From Trichosphaerium sp. ATCC 40318 (Eukaryota > Protista > Tubulinea), in contig JALMLS010000187.1 of assembly GCA_038496445.1 (NCBI GenBank), forward strand, positions 1-51,426: 51,426 nucleotides of DNA, in the 5' to 3' direction. A program made the position numbers and the translations under genes. The notes beneath the pieces are model-generated. The model saw only the letters and a list, made by a program, of their open reading frames with translations, had not been told where the DNA came from and ran no database searches. How positions within the stretch are numbered: position 1 is the first letter of the stretch; every line of letters begins with the position of its first letter. Positions 1 through 12,566 of this stretch are shown here, one piece after another.

Positions 1-1054
1 GTTCAGAAATATCTTAACTGACGAAAGTGCGACTATATCATATCGAAAAAGGTCGGGATTTCAAAAAGCCACGTTTACGCTTTTTTAAAACTACATTTGC
101 GCTATTGACGCATAAAACATTGTTTCTCAAATAACTATTGGCTTTTATTGAGATAAATTTAGGTAAATCTCACCTAGAGCGATCTACCGTTGTAGGAAAT
201 GATAAGGACGCTGCCAAAGGATCAAAATCTAAGATAAGGTCATCATTCGGTTGTTTTCTCACATTCTTGGAGAATGACCCTGTAATTGAACGTATAGAGG
301 TATATTCCATCAGACAATTCAATTAGTACAAGATATGAGTGTAACGTACATTTTAGAAACGTCTTTCGTTGTGGGCGAAGTTCCCTCCTGGTACGTTTTA
401 CTCGCCACTAATTCGCGTAGATGACAACTAATCAAAATGCGATTTAGAAAATTTTTCGTGTTTTTTTTTGTTTTCGCGAATCTTATGTTTGTCATGTAGA
501 AAATGGCGAAATTTTATATCTACTACGCTATGAGCAAAGCCAACAATACGTTGCGCATGTTGATTTCTTTGGAGAGGATGGTAAGATAAAGATTGGACCT
601 GCGGGAGATAGACTTATGAGCATCGTAATGTACTTGGCTAGTCCTGAAGAAGGTGGCGAAACAGCCTTTCCTAAGGCTGGTATAAAGGTTAAAGCACATC
701 GTGGGGATGCTGTACTCTTTTATAATTGTACGTCTGTCTTCCAGATGACACTTTTTGCAGACTTTTTGAAAAAAAATCTCTAGAGGAAGTTTTTATTGAA
801 AAAAACCGTTACTGTGCAATACTGTACTGTTATGATGTTAACGAATGAACTAGATCATCCAAATGGTACTACAGATAGCAATGCATTACATGCTGGGTTA
901 CCTGTGATCAAGGTGAGGAACTGTTTCATAAAAACTATTTTTTTTTTATTACAATTCTGAATCGTTTCTTTTGACGTGTTATTAGGGTACCAAGTGGGCT
1001 ATGACCAAATGGGTGCGTAAAAGACAGTTCAAACACAAGTTTGCCGAGATTTAA
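1..1054 (+). CDS. P4H: Prolyl 4-hydroxylase alpha-type 2OG-Fe(II) oxygenase, 5'-partial, multi-exon
   Basis: Spliced exons read LERSTVVG..IRSSFGCFL..VIERIEKRLS..ENGEILYLLRYEQSQQYVAHVDFF..RLMSIVMYLASPEEGGETAFP..GDAVLFYN..ALHAGLPVIKGTKWAMTKWVR. HxD...H triad and the 2OG-binding Lys are present. Stop TAA at 1052-1054. Confidence 0.92.
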
Positions 1055-1452
1055 AGGATCCTGATGAAGATTTCGCAGATTGTATTTTTTTGTAATTTTT
1101 ATAAACCTATACACTATAATATGACGCTTTGTGCGTTTTTGTAGTATTTCAAAGGTATTTGGAAACGTATTTCTTTTTTTTTTGTTTGGGACGCGACTAC
1201 AACTTCTACAGTCGCTCGTTTGTATTGTGTGCCCGTGTTTATACCTAAATGGGACTTGTACCGTCTATCGCTATATGTCACTATCCTTATTTGTAATTTA
1301 GACTAACTGACGCTTTTGGTACCACTGCGTTTGTGTAAAACTTCATGACGTTAGCTGTTGTATTAAACTAGCGCGTCGAATTTTGCTGAATTTCTGTTAA
1401 TTCTTTCACTTTCTCGTTTAAATCACTTTAAAAAGTGCATGAGTCGTACGAT

Positions 1453-2492
1453 ATGGCCAAGCGAAGAAGTACAATAGGCGATGCGGCCGCTGCTGCGTTC
1501 GGTAAGAACTCAGAACGATTACGAGCCAGAACTGTGTTCAATAAGGGGTTGGATAGTCTTCAAACATTAGAGGTTTACCTACCAGAGGGATCCAGAAGCA
1601 GATTAATTATTCAAAACGACCAAGTAACACTACGCGACGTTATTGGCAAGCTATGCGATAAAAGAAACCTAGACATCACTAGTTATGATTTTAAAACAGA
1701 TTCGGGTCAAGTCATCAAACTAGACACCAAGTGTTCAGATCTTAAAGAACGAATGGTTTTTTTCTCTTTTTCCGCGTCTAATAAGCTATCGTCAAGCCAA
1801 AAGAACCATGGCAAGCAATTATTCACAGTTCACTTGGAAGACGGCACGAAGCATACCGTACACGTTAGTCGACGCAGAAAACTACGAGCTATCGTGTTAA
1901 AAATCTGTGAGAAGAGAAATCTAAAACTAGAAAATTATATAGCTCGTACACCGGCTGGTAAGCGTGTGGACTTGTCTAAAGCTATCAGGGATATCCCTGT
2001 AAACGAGGTCACATTTTTAGCTACAAGAAAGCACAAACATCGAATGTTGAAGCGTTCTGTTAAACAACAGTCTGTTGGGCTCTTAAACACAACTAGACCG
2101 CTTGCAATGAGTCCAACAACGCCTAGGAGCGTAAACAAAGTAGATAAAGGTACGCTTTAAAATAGAAAACAACATTTTTTGCTCCTAAATGAGTGCGGTT
2201 TTCACTGAAGCAAAAAATTCTTGACATGTAGCTCGTTGATATTTCAATTAGTATTGTTTTATTTAACCTTATGGTATTATTTACTTATGACGTATAAGGG
2301 TTTGCGGATTTGCTCAAGTACAAGCAAAGTGGAGACTCTGGAAAAAGTACCCAACCATTCAAAACTCTTCTTTTGAGAACAGAAGCGAGTAGTAGCTCTG
2401 ATTGGAAAGGAATGTTTGCTTACACATCTTGGGGTATACGAAGGTTTCCTTTTGAGTATTATTATCAAAGAAATTTAACTCCACGCACGTGA
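1453..2492 (+). CDS. Protein with two tandem Raf-type Ras-binding (ubiquitin-fold) domains
   Basis: Two repeats, LEVYLPEGSRSRL..TLRDVIGKLCDKRNL and FTVHLEDGTKHTV..LRAIVLKICEKRNL, match the Raf/RGS14-type RBD pattern. A GT-AG intron at ~2150-2298 joins in frame to ORF 2310-2492. Confidence 0.7.
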
Positions 2493-2984
2493 TAATTAGT
2501 GTACAATTTAGTGTAAATAATGTAACAAAAAAAAATCAAAATCCCTTCAAACTTAGCAAGTTGTTTGCACAAACTAATAACGGTATTGTCCCTGTCATTC
2601 CAGTTTTTGTAAAAAAGTGACTTTTTGCAAGAAATTGCAAGTTTATGTCAGGCCTAGACAGCCATTTGCTCAGTCATGTTGACTGAATTGCTAGATGGTA
2701 AAACTAATAAACAAGCCTCAAAATGTGATTCATAACATTACACGGTGTTGGTTTGTAAAGTAATTGTTACGAACTGTTTTATTTATTCACGCACGTGATT
2801 TTTAAAACAACTTTTCTCGTAGTGTCAGGTTGTTACCTTGCTTACATAACTTGACGCTGCATACACTGTAATCGACTACAGTTAAACTCCCTACCCATTG
2901 AAAGAAAAGAGGCATCCTCACACAGTTTCAGCTTGTGCAAGGTTTTTGGCTTTCAAAATCGAATATACTCTACGCCATTGCGCC

Positions 2985-3988
2985 ATGGAGTCAACTAACA
3001 CATCAGTAATTCAAGAGTTACCGTATGACTGTTGGTTTGAAGTTTTTGAATGTTTGAACGGTCACCAGCTACTAAATGCTTCTTTGGTATCTAGAGAATG
3101 GTAAGACTCATATGACACGTATGTCTAGTATTTAATAACGTGCACCAGGTGTAGAATAATAAATTCACGAGCATTGTGGCTCAGATTATACCGTGTTGTA
3201 CGTATTTACGCGTGATCATCATAATCTAATGACATTCTAGCACTTTAATAAGCCATTACCAATACTTTCACACAAACGCATCAAACAGCGTTATTTCGAA
3301 TATAAACATAGTATAAAACAAAGAGAGAGGGCAGAGAGAGTAGAAAGATGGCGTAAGGGCCGAAACAAGACAGATTTTGGGTAAGAAAAATAACAAGATT
3401 TTTTTTTATCGTAACGTGTTAGGAAAACCTTTCACTACACGTGGCTGCACCTTTATTAAAATTATTTTTTTGTTACTTTATTTAGAGTACGCAAAGATCT
3501 TACGCCCATACTGTATTATAAAACTCAGGACTCAAAGGAGCTTGAAGGTAAGCAAAAGAACAAAATATTTTACATTTTTGAAAATGCCATTTTTACAAAC
3601 AAAATGTTTTAGATGTTGAGTTCGTTAAGAGAATACATATTGTTGGATACATTGGTTTTGTTTTACCAATGCTACTTACTATAACCAAATTTACACGTAG
3701 AAGATTTCTGATTGGCCTTCTACTGGTACCACACCTTAAACGAACTTTCTTAGTTGTCTTTCTAAACATTCCATAAATAGGCTGGTATTTTACGATTTGT
3801 TACTTATAATGCTTATTTTGATGAGCAAGGGAAAGAACCGAAGCCTGAAAAATATAGATGGCAATCAGTTGTGTAGTAAGCAAACTTTTGAGAAAAAAAA
3901 AATCACGTGTTTCAGTGGAAATCATCTTCGGTTTTTTTGGGACAAACGCGACATAGAATGTAAGGAGTTTCTTGGGAAAACAAGTTGA
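2985..3988 (+). CDS. F-box protein with C-terminal hydrophobic segments, multi-exon
   Basis: IQELPYDCWFEVFECLNGHQLLNASLVSREWCRIINSRALW is an F-box. Later exons encode HIVGYIGFVLPMLLTI and FLIGLLLAGILRFV. Confidence 0.7.
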
Positions 3989-4079
3989 TTTGAACCAGAA
4001 CTGTAGCAAAAAATGCTCTCTTTGGTTTTTATATGTCAACAAAATTTAAGTGTTTTGTAGCGTTGTTATGGGTGCTATG

Positions 4080-6210
4080 GTTACTAAATGGGTCCAACAT
4101 ACACATTTACGCTTATAGAATGTAACGAAATGAAGCCGCTAGCGCCATGAGAACCAATTACACCAACTAGCAAGCAAGAAATACAAATCAAAAAACAACA
4201 AAAAAAACCATACCCTGTTCTTTCTTGTATGAACTCCTTTGAGGAAGCGCAATACAAATAAATAGGGGCAATACTATAGAATAAGTGTAAAATTGTAATG
4301 GAAATTTCGTGATAGATGTAATAATAAAAAACTGTAACTTTACCAACGTCTCCAGTTCAAAGAAGGAATTAGAGCGGATCCATTTTTGGATTTAAGCGTA
4401 ACTGTATCCACCTATATTAACCCTTTACAAGCGTTTTGCTTTTCATATGTGTGCTATATATATAGCATGCGCAACAGTGTTCAATGACTTTCTCGGTAGA
4501 AACGAACCTTAAAACAGATACAATTCCGGTTTACAACAAAAAGAACGATCATAGGCTGCTATGCAGCGCCTATTCAAAGTTTATATAGAGCTTTTCCCTA
4601 ACGGCAGAACTCACCTCTATATCGGACCTTATAATTTTCTTGGCCCAGACCGAGTTCCTAAGTTAATTACGTGCTACTTACGAGGACATGCTGGCTAATG
4701 TAACGATTCAAGCTTTCACACTACGTCGGATTAAGATGGAACTTTGTCAATTCCACCTCGCAATGCATACACCCACTAAGCTAGACGGAGGACTCCCTTA
4801 AATTATTTTCGACCAAATGGCTAGGAAGCCCCACGCGTGGTGCACACACTGCAACTACTACAATTACCGAAATATTTTCGTTTCTTTTTATACCCATAAA
4901 AACCTCTCAGAAATAAATTGTGGGATACAGACTGCACTTCACTGAAATTTCTATTGTAATTACTCAAATATGGATAATGCACATTTCAAAACTCTCCCAA
5001 AGGCTTGTGGTAGCTATTTACACACGTGGAAACCTTATCGGCGATGTTTTGTTGCAAAAAACGTGCAACTAGCCGATAACTTCTGTTTTCGGTATTGTTG
5101 CTTCACTTCACTGAAAAATCAAGTTTCATTACTCTAATATGGATAATAAACTTTTAAAAACTCTTGCAGAGGCTTACGATAGCTATATACACACGTGGAA
5201 ACCAAATCAGCATTGATTTGATTCGCAAAACGTGCTACTAAAAGATTACTTCTTTTTTACCGGTTGAAAGGTTGGTATGTTTTAATTTTGTTTGCTATTT
5301 GCACTACACCAGTGCTGCTGACCATTTGTTGCGTTTGGTTCCTATACCAAAATAATTAGCTGGGTACTAGGGCGATATTGATGGATTTTATTGCCTGTAA
5401 ATACAGATATTAAGACTAAGGAGTCTTAGGCTGGCAGATTAAGCTACAATTTGTTGGCAAATCTCGTATAAGGTTTCACCACATTCAGACAGTGAGTGTG
5501 TTACTACGCTTTTGGCGTAGTAGTTTATAATATGTGGCACAAAATGGGCTATACCAATGAATAGAGTCTGTAGTGCAAACGTCTATGGGGTTAAGTTATC
5601 TTTCTTTTTTGCGTTGCATGACTTTACAACTAGGGGTCATGCTGGAAGATGGGTTCTCTTCTAACCTGTTCTTGTCGTGTATGTCGGATTAATACTAGTA
5701 GCTTCAAACAATGATTGTTTTCTAAAAATGATAGTTATCCGTGAAACACAGAGATGTGTCCTAGAGGATGTTGTAGTGTTGAATAAAAGTCACTAAAACC
5801 CTATCTGGTTCGGGCTTGCCTAGATAATTAGGAATTCTCTACTTTACAGCAATCCCAGCTGTGTGATAGTTGTATGTTAGACTATTGGAAGTGCCTTCCC
5901 CTTGCCATCAAATACTACCCATTGAACATTATAGTTGCCTCAATTCCAAGCACCTTAAACTTCTTCACCGAAAGAAATTGTATTTGGCTGCAGTATTTAT
6001 GTTGGTACTTGGCAGTAAATGTTGATCTATGAATCTCTTGCTTTTAGCGCCATTCAAACTGTTGCCCTCAATGTTCCATACATCTAGTTTCTTTGTAGGT
6101 AAACGGATTTCATCAGCAAAGAACCCTTGGGGATAAGAGCCATAAAGATAGTAACGTGAACTTTTGGTGAAAACTTGCAGATGCAATCCAAAAATACCAT
6201 TCCGCACTTC
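4080..6210 (-). pseudogene. Decayed paralogue of the repeat/endonuclease gene at 18724-20873
   Basis: Minus-strand fragments broken by stops and frameshifts (VLGIEATIMFNG*YL; VPS*LFWYRNQ..QIANKIKTYQPFNR*K; YSYRKPLQEFLKVYYPY*SNET*FFSEV) resemble that gene's repeat unit. Boundaries are approximate. Confidence 0.45.
4935..5260. repeat. Diverged tandem duplication, ~169-bp period
   Basis: CACTTCACTGAAA..ATATGGATAAT..AAAACTCT..TAGCTAT.TACACACGTGGAAACC..AAAACGTGC starts at 4935 and again at 5104. Confidence 0.85.
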
Positions 6211-6331
6211 ATGTTAAATTTAATAAGCTCCCTTAGCTATGCACTAAGAAATCACGTTTTAAGGGAAACGGTTTGTCAGGAAAAAGTTTGACACAAAGTT
6301 GTTAAACAAAGCATCGCCCTTTACTGAGATT

Positions 6332-7135
6332 ATGTTTAGTTAAAATTATTGTTATCTTGGTTTTAGGTTGTATTGTATTCTCATCTGAGTTTCCTCCTGA
6401 CTGCTCAAAGTTATCTTGTACGCAAAAACCATTATTTCTAAACTGTTTTTGCTTATTGTTAATATCCAAGATGGAAGTAACACCTATGACCTTTCTGGTT
6501 TGACTGTACGGTTGTCTTAGTGTAGTAAATGAGGTGTAGTTAACTTTATTTCAAGGCCCTTGGTATTCAGGAACAACAAGGATCGTACACCACCGTTTAT
6601 TATTATCGTTATTTTTTGTGGCGATAAACGAGGTCAGACTTGTGGAAATGTTGTAGGTGAATGTGGTGTTTGTGCTGCATGGGAAGGCCGTTGGAATGAA
6701 AACCCCTATACACACTGTGATGGAATGTACGCTGAAAGTAAAACAGAGATAACTGAGTACAGAAACGGAGATGATCTTGGCATTGCTATTGAATATGGAT
6801 GTACGTGATCTACTCTCGCTTATTAGCTATAGTCTTACAATCATAGACGCTGATGGAGGCTCAGTAACGAATGTGAACCTCATTTGTGATCTCAAATACA
6901 GTGGTATGCTTAATATCAGCAATAAAACCGAAATTAATTGATTGTATTTGATGGCGTTTGTAGGATTTGAGAAAGCAGATGTTGATAATGCTGCAATTTA
7001 CAATCCCATCGTACGACAAAAAAACTAGTAGTGGCCATAGCTGCACATTTATTGTTTCTTTAGATTACAGTTCGCACAAGAGATGCATGTCCACAAGCTA
7101 TTAAAGGACACGAAACAGAGAATGTTCATGTTTGA
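6332..7135 (+). pseudogene. Single-MRH-domain copy of the gene at 10314-11810, frameshifted
   Basis: Near-identical to the reverse complement of ~11075-11850, including introns. An extra T gives ATG TTT AGT TAA, and a 2-nt deletion near 6615 shifts the frame. Both lesions are in T runs, so sequencing error is possible. Confidence 0.7.
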
Positions 7136-7739
7136 ATAAAGTCAAAAAATTCCAATAGTTTACGGTTTATCTTACTAAAATGGACCCATGTCCATAGGTG
7201 CTCAGTTCCTTGAAAAACCACTTGGAAACCTGCTTTATAACATGCAATAGACTACCTTGTACAAGTTTAGTTCACATATGAGGGTAGGGAGGAGGTGTAC
7301 TTTGTCTACAACAGTTTTGAGTAGTCTAATTTTTTTTTTCGTTTGTCCTTTTACTTCTTGACATGGACACGTGTAATTAGTGTCATGAAGAACAGTTGAC
7401 TAGATTTGTTCTTGAGGTCATCTGAACAATCTTCAGTCTTGGCACTTGCCCAATCCACGTGACATTCTACGTTTAAATAATCACTATCAGAATACACCAT
7501 TGTTAATTCCAACATTCTACCTTGACTCGTTCGTATGTAATTGTATAGCATTTGGCCGGGAATTCGCGCTAGTCATAGATAGAGGAAAAAGTAACCTTTG
7601 AGTTTGACTGAATGAAGCGTTTTGGTAAAAGAGTTCTTCGAAGAATGTACTTGTTTTATTTTTTTTTTGGTAAGGTGACGACTTCTTGTGGTCAACAGCC
7701 AGTCAAGAAATAGGGTAAAAATACAAATACAATACCGCG

Positions 7740-8900
7740 ATGGCAACAAAACACAAGGTAAATCAATTCAGCAATAAATAAGCGCTATTTCGTACTAACT
7801 ACCCAACTTAGACAAATGGAAATAAAAACGACAGTAACTTACTGCTACAGCTTCCTTTAGAGCTTCAACTTGATATTATAGATTTAGACGCTGAAGTGTA
7901 CATAAAATGGCCAATCCTATCCAAACAAGCTGCGACAACAACACGTTTTGATGAAAACTTTGAGAAACATGAAAAATGGATTTGTTTCCGTGATGTTACA
8001 TTATCGCAAGTTAAAACTAGCCAATACTGGAAGAATGGACTGGAAGATGGAGAATACAAGAGATGGCATGATAATGGTAAGTTGTCTAGTCGAGGAATGT
8101 TTGTGAAAGGGAAAAGAGAAGGATTATTTGAGCACTGGTTTGAAGAAGGTCCAAAGAGCAGTGAGCTGATATATGTGAATGGTACAATGGATGGTGAACA
8201 TAAATCTTGGCATAGAAATGGTCAGCCTTTTATATTCGGGTTGTATAGAAATGGTACAAATGAGGGAGAACACAAGGAGTGGTATGAAAATGGTAACTTG
8301 TCGTGCCTTTATTATTACAAGAACGGGAAGATGGAAGGTGACTTTAAGAAGTGGTGGCATACAAATGGAAGTATACAGAATCATTTCTTTTATGTCAATG
8401 GTAAAATGAATGGTAGACAAAGATCATGGTATGATAATGGTTCTTTTATGGAAGACCGCATGTATGTGAATGATAAAAAAGAAGGAGAGTGTAAAGATTT
8501 TTTTGACAATGGACAAGTGACGGTTCAATGTGTTTATGTTGATGATAAGCAACATGGTATTTGTAAAGATTATTATAAAACTGGTGAATTGAGAAGAGAG
8601 GTGGGGTATGTCAAAGGCATCAAAGATGGACAGCATGTATCATATTTTAGAAACGGACAAATGAAGATTCAGTGTAATCATGTTAATGGGAAAAAAGAAG
8701 GAATGTTCAAGGCGTGGTATGAGAATGGCCAGTTGAACTTTCAGTGTTCTTTAATTAATAATAAAAGACATGGAGTTTGTAAAAAATGGCATGAAAATGG
8801 GCAAATACAAAGAGAGTGTTTTTTCAATCATGGTGTAGAAGAAGGAGAACATAAGGAATGGAACGAAACTGGTGACATCATTGTACTAAACTCTAAATAA
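7740..8900 (+). CDS. F-box-like plus MORN-variant (YwqK-type) repeat protein
   Basis: MATKHK, then intron 7758-7811, then LLQLPLELQLDIIDLDAEVYIKWPILSK (F-box-like), then about 11-12 repeats of Y.NGK.EG..K.WYENG. Confidence 0.85.
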
Positions 8901-10014
8901 ATATTTTGTTTATCTTTCGTCTACAGTAATGAAATTATCTACTTTTTAGCAATATTGAATCGATGGTTGGTGGTAGAGTCATGAGAGTAGTAGAACTTCT
9001 GAAGGACATTACAGATTCCAAAACAAGGAATTTTCTTTTCAAATAGACTTAGTGGTTTTTTTTCGATTTACGACTTCGGCTGCTGTGTTTGTTTTGAACA
9101 TACATCGTTAGAATAGGTGCTAATTTGTTACAAATAGTTTTTATTGTTTCATGCCAAATCAATATCATTATCTAATCCAGTGTCATTCTTTGTATGTTCC
9201 GACAACTGTTAAAAACACCTAGTTTAGTAACCGAAACAAGCAAATCCAGAAACCGTACTGTCTTTAAATTGGCAGCGTAGAAATTCCACATGCACGTGAT
9301 TATTTCCTTTAGGCTGTACGACTATCAAAGTTTTAGTTGTCTTCATGGTACGGAATACACATTCAATAAATATCACGTGAGTTAAACTTGGACCTAAAAC
9401 AAGTAGAAAAAAAAAAGAAAAAAACGAGAGCTCTAATGTTCTTAGCAAGCTGAACTACCAGCTATATTTATCACGGTATAAGCACACAAATATAGAGAAA
9501 GTCATTTTAAAAGAAGGGATCAAACGACGCACAACCGAGCCTAAAAAGATGTTTTAAATCTTTACTATCCAAACCATCAACAATCGGGTTGCATTTTTAT
9601 AACCTTTAAAACACTTGAATAACCACACAAGAACACAGGATTCATATCAGCGGTGCTATTGATGTGAATTATTGGAAGCTCAGAAGCGTTAACGCTTTTT
9701 GGTTCTAAAAAAGCCGTTATCACAATGACAGCGTCAAGAAGTTATCGCACGTCTTGTTAGCTCTAGTAACGTAACATTTTCAAGGTTTAGCAGGCTGTCT
9801 AGTACAAAAATCGCCTGACGGGCACAAAAATCGTTGTTCGCATGTTAGATGCTTTAATAGCTTCACCTAGCGTGTCCACACACTGCCTTACGCTCCAAGA
9901 CTGTAATACTGACATTTTTGACCGCTTCTTGCCAAAAAAGACAAAAACTAAGCTGGCGCCCCCGTTACCACACTTAACGTAGCAAACATTACACCAAAAC
10001 CAATGACTAGTGCT

Positions 10015-10085
10015 GGGTGTTCTTTAATATTAATTTCAGTACGTTGAATCTTCAACTGGCCATTCTCATACTAGCCACTTGCATG
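10015..10085 (-). pseudogene. Short inverted relic of the MORN gene
   Basis: Reverse complement GTATGAGAATGGCCAGTTGAA..TTCA..AATTAATA matches ~8717-8765. Confidence 0.55.
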
Positions 10086-10313
10086 GAAAATGCATCTTGA
10101 CGGTAGTGTTTTCAAACGCACTGTCTTGTATTGATGCCCAAGGATAATCCTGTTGTTAATTCGCTTTCAACTAACAGGATGTGTTTGATATGGATGTCAG
10201 ATGTTATCTCCAAGTGGTACATCAATCAATACCTATCCAGTCTGGAACGAAATAAACTAAAACTGCTATACTAAGCTAACGTGATAAACAGTATATTGGG
10301 GATTTTAGTGAAT

Positions 10314-11810
10314 TTATTCATTAACACTATAAACAACATTCTTTGTTTCTTGTTCTTCAATAGTTTGTGGACATGCATCTCTTGTGCGAACAAAAATCTA
10401 TTCATAATAAATGGTATGCCAAAATTACTTACAAAAAAAAAAAGGAAGTACACTTGGTCTATTTACGTCTGTGTTGTCAACAAACACTTGTTCTAATCCT
10501 ACACTCATTGTAAACGAATAAAAGTTTAATGAGTATTTATACCAGAGTATCGAGGATCGCAAGCAAGAATAATCTCTGAAACACTACCCATGTCTCCACC
10601 TAAAGAAAAGTCAGTAGTATCAATATTTTGAAAACTCACCAGCAAAATCGAACTTTACTCCTGATGATGTGTGCTCTGAGATCTTAACAGAAGATTCACT
10701 GTATTTCCCCTCGCATGCTGTAAAACTTGGGTCATGCCAGCGTCCTTCAAAAGCTGAGCAAACAGCACATGAATCCGCTAAATGGCTTGTGAATATCAAC
10801 ACTCTTTAAGAAAAAAAGAAAGCAAATGTACTCGCTGTTCCACATGTTTGAGCTTGATCGCCACATACAAACCATCTATAGTCATAATAATATGATGTTG
10901 AGGAACCTCTTGTCTCTTGTACACCGAGAGATTGAAGATTGGATAGATCATACTTACGATTTGCAACTGTTGATTCAAACTTAGCTACATTTCATTGTTT
11001 TGATGTTTTGTACGTACAGACAATATTGGAGCAATCTGGTGGAAATGGGGTTTGAGAATGAGGACAAGCGTCTTTTGTACGAACTGTAATCTAAAGAAAC
11101 AATAAAAATGTGCGCCTATGGTTACTAGTGCTATTTTTGCGTACAACGGGATTATAAATTGCAGTATTATCAACATCTGCTTTCTCAAATCCTACAAACA
11201 CCGTCAATTACACCAAGCAAACTCGGTTTCAGATATTAGCGTACCACTGTATTTGAGATCACAAATGAGGAGCATGTTTGATACTGAGCCTCCATCAGCG
11301 TCTATAATTGTAAGACAATAAGGGAGAGTAGATCACGTACATCCATATTCAATAGCAATGCCAAGATCATCTCCGTTTCTGTACTCAGTTATCTCTGTTT
11401 TACTTTCAGTGTACATTCCCTCACAGTATGTATAGGGGTTTTCATTCCAACGGCCTTCCCATGCACTACAAACGCCACAATCTTCAGCAACATTTCCACA
11501 AGTCTGGCCTTGTTCGCCACAAACAAAATAGCGATAGTAATAGGAGGTGGTATGCGATCCTTGTTGTTCCTGAATACCAAGAGCCTTGAAATAAAGTTAA
11601 ACACAACACAATATAATACTACAGCAACCGTACAGTCAAACCAGAAAGGTCATAGGTGTTACTTCCATCTTGGATATTAACAATAAGCAAAAAAACAGTT
11701 TAGAAATAATGGTTTTTGTACGTACAAGATAACTTTGAGCAGTCAGGAGGAAACTCAGATGAGAATACAATACAACCTAAAACCAAGATAACAATAATTT
11801 TAACTAACAT
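10314..11810 (-). CDS. Secreted protein with two tandem mannose-6-phosphate receptor homology (MRH)-like domains
   Basis: Signal peptide MLVKIIVILVLGCIVFS. Each domain reads FPPDCS..YDLS.L..Y.Y.(Y/W)FVCG...TC...C.VCSA..C.G..L.CD..VRT(K/R)DACP. The frame stays open over all exons I traced. No TM segment. Confidence 0.75.
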
Positions 11811-11864
11811 AATCTCAGTAAAGGAGATGCTTGTTTAACAACTTGTTCGGTAATGTAAAATACT

Positions 11865-12011
11865 GTCAAACGTTTTCCTATCTAAACTTGATTTCTTAGA
11901 ATGACACGTGCTGCAGTGTTCGTAGTTTCGCGCTTTCAATAGTCTTGTTGAAAAAAATGTTGTCGACAAACGTTCCTATCTAAACACGATTTCTTAGAAT
12001 GACATGTGCTG
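11865..12011. repeat. Short direct repeat upstream of the MRH gene
   Basis: CAAACGTT..CCTATCTAAAC..GATTTCTTAGAATGACA.GTGCTG occurs twice. A related inverted copy lies upstream of the pseudogene at ~6243-6280. Confidence 0.65.
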
Positions 12012-12566
12012 GTTGATGGAAGCTAAGAAAGTGGCTATACTATGTCCTGGTGTGAGTCTCAATACCGCTATATGCACGACAAGCGGGCATTTAATTTTAC
12101 CGAGCCCAATTTCATGCAATCAATTTCTGTATTGACTTCCTTTGCCCACAAAATTATGAATAGATAATGGCGAACCACAATAAGCTACTGAGAAGTGACA
12201 GCCATCAAACGCCAACAACCTCGTATAGACGTAGGCTATACGTTCGTATTATGTTGTCCTAGCAAAGAATGGCACCACACGGGTGAAGAAAATCGGTACA
12301 AAAACTGGGACTTTTCTGGGTTTTTTCACAGAACGTGCAATAATATTGCAGTGATAAATCATAATACAAGAGATAAAGGCGCATGCGCGCTAGCAAGGCA
12401 TTAACCTTTAAGGCCTACGATCTGTCGTGGACCTTCTTTAACACCAAACTGTTAGATTTGGTATGTTAGCGAGCAATTATCAATGTCACTACAATAATCG
12501 GTTGTTAGTAACATGATTTAGGGTATTGGTGATGTTTTTAGACAAGAATTCGACCGTTTAGCTAAA

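Noticed and set aside
1-55. Apparent frameshifts in the first P4H exon (FRNILTDE / CDYII / IEKG in three frames)
   Set aside because: At the extreme window edge while the rest of the gene is intact. Sequence error is more likely than recoding or pseudogenisation.
4561-4698. GPYNFLGP resembling the parvoviral PLA2 calcium loop
   Set aside because: Short ORF with no downstream HD catalytic motif. The region is better explained by the minus-strand relic.
7140-7580. Possible small spliced minus-strand gene (similar hints at 8940-9450 and 21230-21830)
   Set aside because: No consistent open spliced frame or recognisable motif.
7896-8900. Bacterial YwqK antitoxin / toxin-antitoxin locus or contamination
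   Set aside because: It has a spliceosomal intron and an F-box-like N-terminus, no adjacent toxin, and sits among eukaryotic genes.
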